From Candidatus Gottesmanbacteria bacterium (GTDB taxonomy: Bacteria; Patescibacteriota; Microgenomatia; UBA10105; UBA927), in assembly GCA_963701185.1 (NCBI GenBank), contig OY969569.1, forward strand, positions 181,735-245,734: a stretch of 64,000 nucleotides of DNA, written 5' to 3'. The translations under genes and the position numbers were made by a program. A model generated the notes under the pieces. That model was not told the origin of the DNA and did no database searches. It worked only from the letters and a program-made list of their open reading frames with translations. Below are positions 63,485 to 64,000 of this stretch, in pieces. Every line of letters starts with the position of its first letter. The first letter of the stretch is position 1.

Positions 63485-64000
63485 GATCAATGGCGACCAA
63501 CTGCTACATCGTCGACGGTATGATTATCGACCCCGGAGACGACGCGGAATATATTATGTCCCATCTCACCGTCAAACCCACGATGATTGTGGCCACGCAC
63601 GGACATTTCGATCACATCATGGCGGCATGTGCCCTGCAGCTTGCGTACAACATTCCGTTTTATATGCACGAGGGCGACTTTTTTCTTCTTTCCCGCATGC
63701 AATCATCGGCAAAATATTTTCTCGGATTAAAAGAAGTGGACCCGCCGCCGGTTCCGTCGAAAATCAAAGACCTGCCGTTTATCCACACGCCCGGACACAC
63801 ACCCGGAAGTATCTGTTTATATTTCAAAAAAGATAATATTCTTTTTTCAGGAGATACCATATTTGCAGATGGCGCCGTGGGAAGAACTGACTTTTCGTAT
63901 TCGAAGCCTCTGCTCCTTGCCGAGTCTGTCCAAAAAATTCTTGCATATCCGGCCGGAACGAGGATATTGTCCGGACACGGAGAGCAAACAACGGTAAAAA
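63466..64000 (+). CDS. MBL-fold metallo-hydrolase (glyoxalase-II-like), 3' end beyond window
   Basis: METFVVGSMATNCYIVDGMIIDPGDD...VATHGHFDHI (HxHxDH zinc motif) ...IHTPGHTPGSICLY...SGDTIF. The frame runs open to the window end, so it is absent from the track. Track ORF 63450..63836 is an out-of-frame shadow. Confidence 0.7.
   Translation, partial: METFVVGSMATNCYIVDGMIIDPGDDAEYIMSHLTVKPTMIVATHGHFDHIMAACALQLAYNIPFYMHEGDFFLLSRMQSSAKYFLGLKEVDPPPVPSKIKDLPFIHTPGHTPGSICLYFKKDNILFSGDTIFADGAVGRTDFSYSKPLLLAESVQKILAYPAGTRILSGHGEQTTVK

Noticed and set aside
63450-63836. Track ORF of 128 aa, very Arg-rich (MTQKAYGNICRRINGDQLLHRRRYDYRPRRRRG...)
   Set aside because: It is an out-of-frame shadow of the real MBL-fold hydrolase gene (63466..64000+, HGHFDH motif), which is missing from the track only because it has no stop within the window.
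1-64000. tRNA, rRNA or CRISPR features
   Set aside because: No cloverleaf-compatible conserved tRNA boxes, no rRNA-like conserved stretches and no regularly spaced direct repeats were seen on either strand. Intergenic space is minimal throughout.

Overview
The window is a 64-kb stretch of bacterial DNA that is gene-dense and almost entirely on the + strand. About 47 consecutive + strand genes run from 594 to 48672 with tiny or overlapping junctions. It falls into three parts.

(1) 1-20.6 kb is low-GC (about 38-42%). It holds a CDP-sugar operon: glucose-1-phosphate cytidylyltransferase (rfbF/ddhA), CDP-glucose 4,6-dehydratase (rfbG/ddhB), and, about 10 kb downstream, a PMP/[2Fe-2S] CDP-4-keto-6-deoxyglucose 3-dehydrase (ddhC/E1). 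Four enzymes not normally found together in sugar loci are embedded among them: a DmpF-like acetylating acetaldehyde dehydrogenase, a DmpG-like 4-hydroxy-2-oxovalerate aldolase, a thiamine-diphosphate acetolactate-synthase-family enzyme (YerE-like) and an AspC-like class I aminotransferase. An Fcl-like SDR, GT2 genes, a GtrB-like polyprenyl-phosphate glycosyltransferase and large GT-C-like membrane proteins follow. I read this as a candidate pathway for a 3,6-dideoxy, C-branched or otherwise unusual CDP-sugar, plus lipid-linked glycosylation machinery.

(2) 20.7-46.4 kb is higher-GC (about 50-57%) envelope-glycan machinery. It includes three paralogous giant polytopic membrane proteins, a 1319-aa multidomain GT-C protein, a Dpm1-like GT2, UDP-xylose synthase, galE, several GT4/GT2 genes (one an N-domain-only fragment, one split by a frameshift), an LbH acetyltransferase, an O-antigen-ligase/GT-C fusion, an AT-rich NYN-domain gene, a ManC-like nucleotidyltransferase, an initiating sugar-phosphate transferase and a DUF4012 protein.

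(3) 46.4-64 kb is housekeeping. recO and glyQS are followed by a 1.45-kb low-GC insertion bounded by 34-bp direct repeats that duplicate the 3' end of the target gene. Its cargo is a histidine phosphatase, a split PaaX/Cas2-like gene and two copies of a 40-nt palindromic element. A rearranged dcw cluster comes next: mraZ with phased TGGG boxes, rsmH, ftsL-like, an inserted transglutaminase-like gene, ftsI, murE, pgeF, murC, murB, murA, a GlmU-like gene, a hydrolase, a DegT aminotransferase and an MBL hydrolase. ftsI and murA each carry an apparent +1 frame disruption at a T6 homopolymer.

No rRNA, tRNA or CRISPR array was recognised. All calls come from reading the translations and motifs; no database search was possible.
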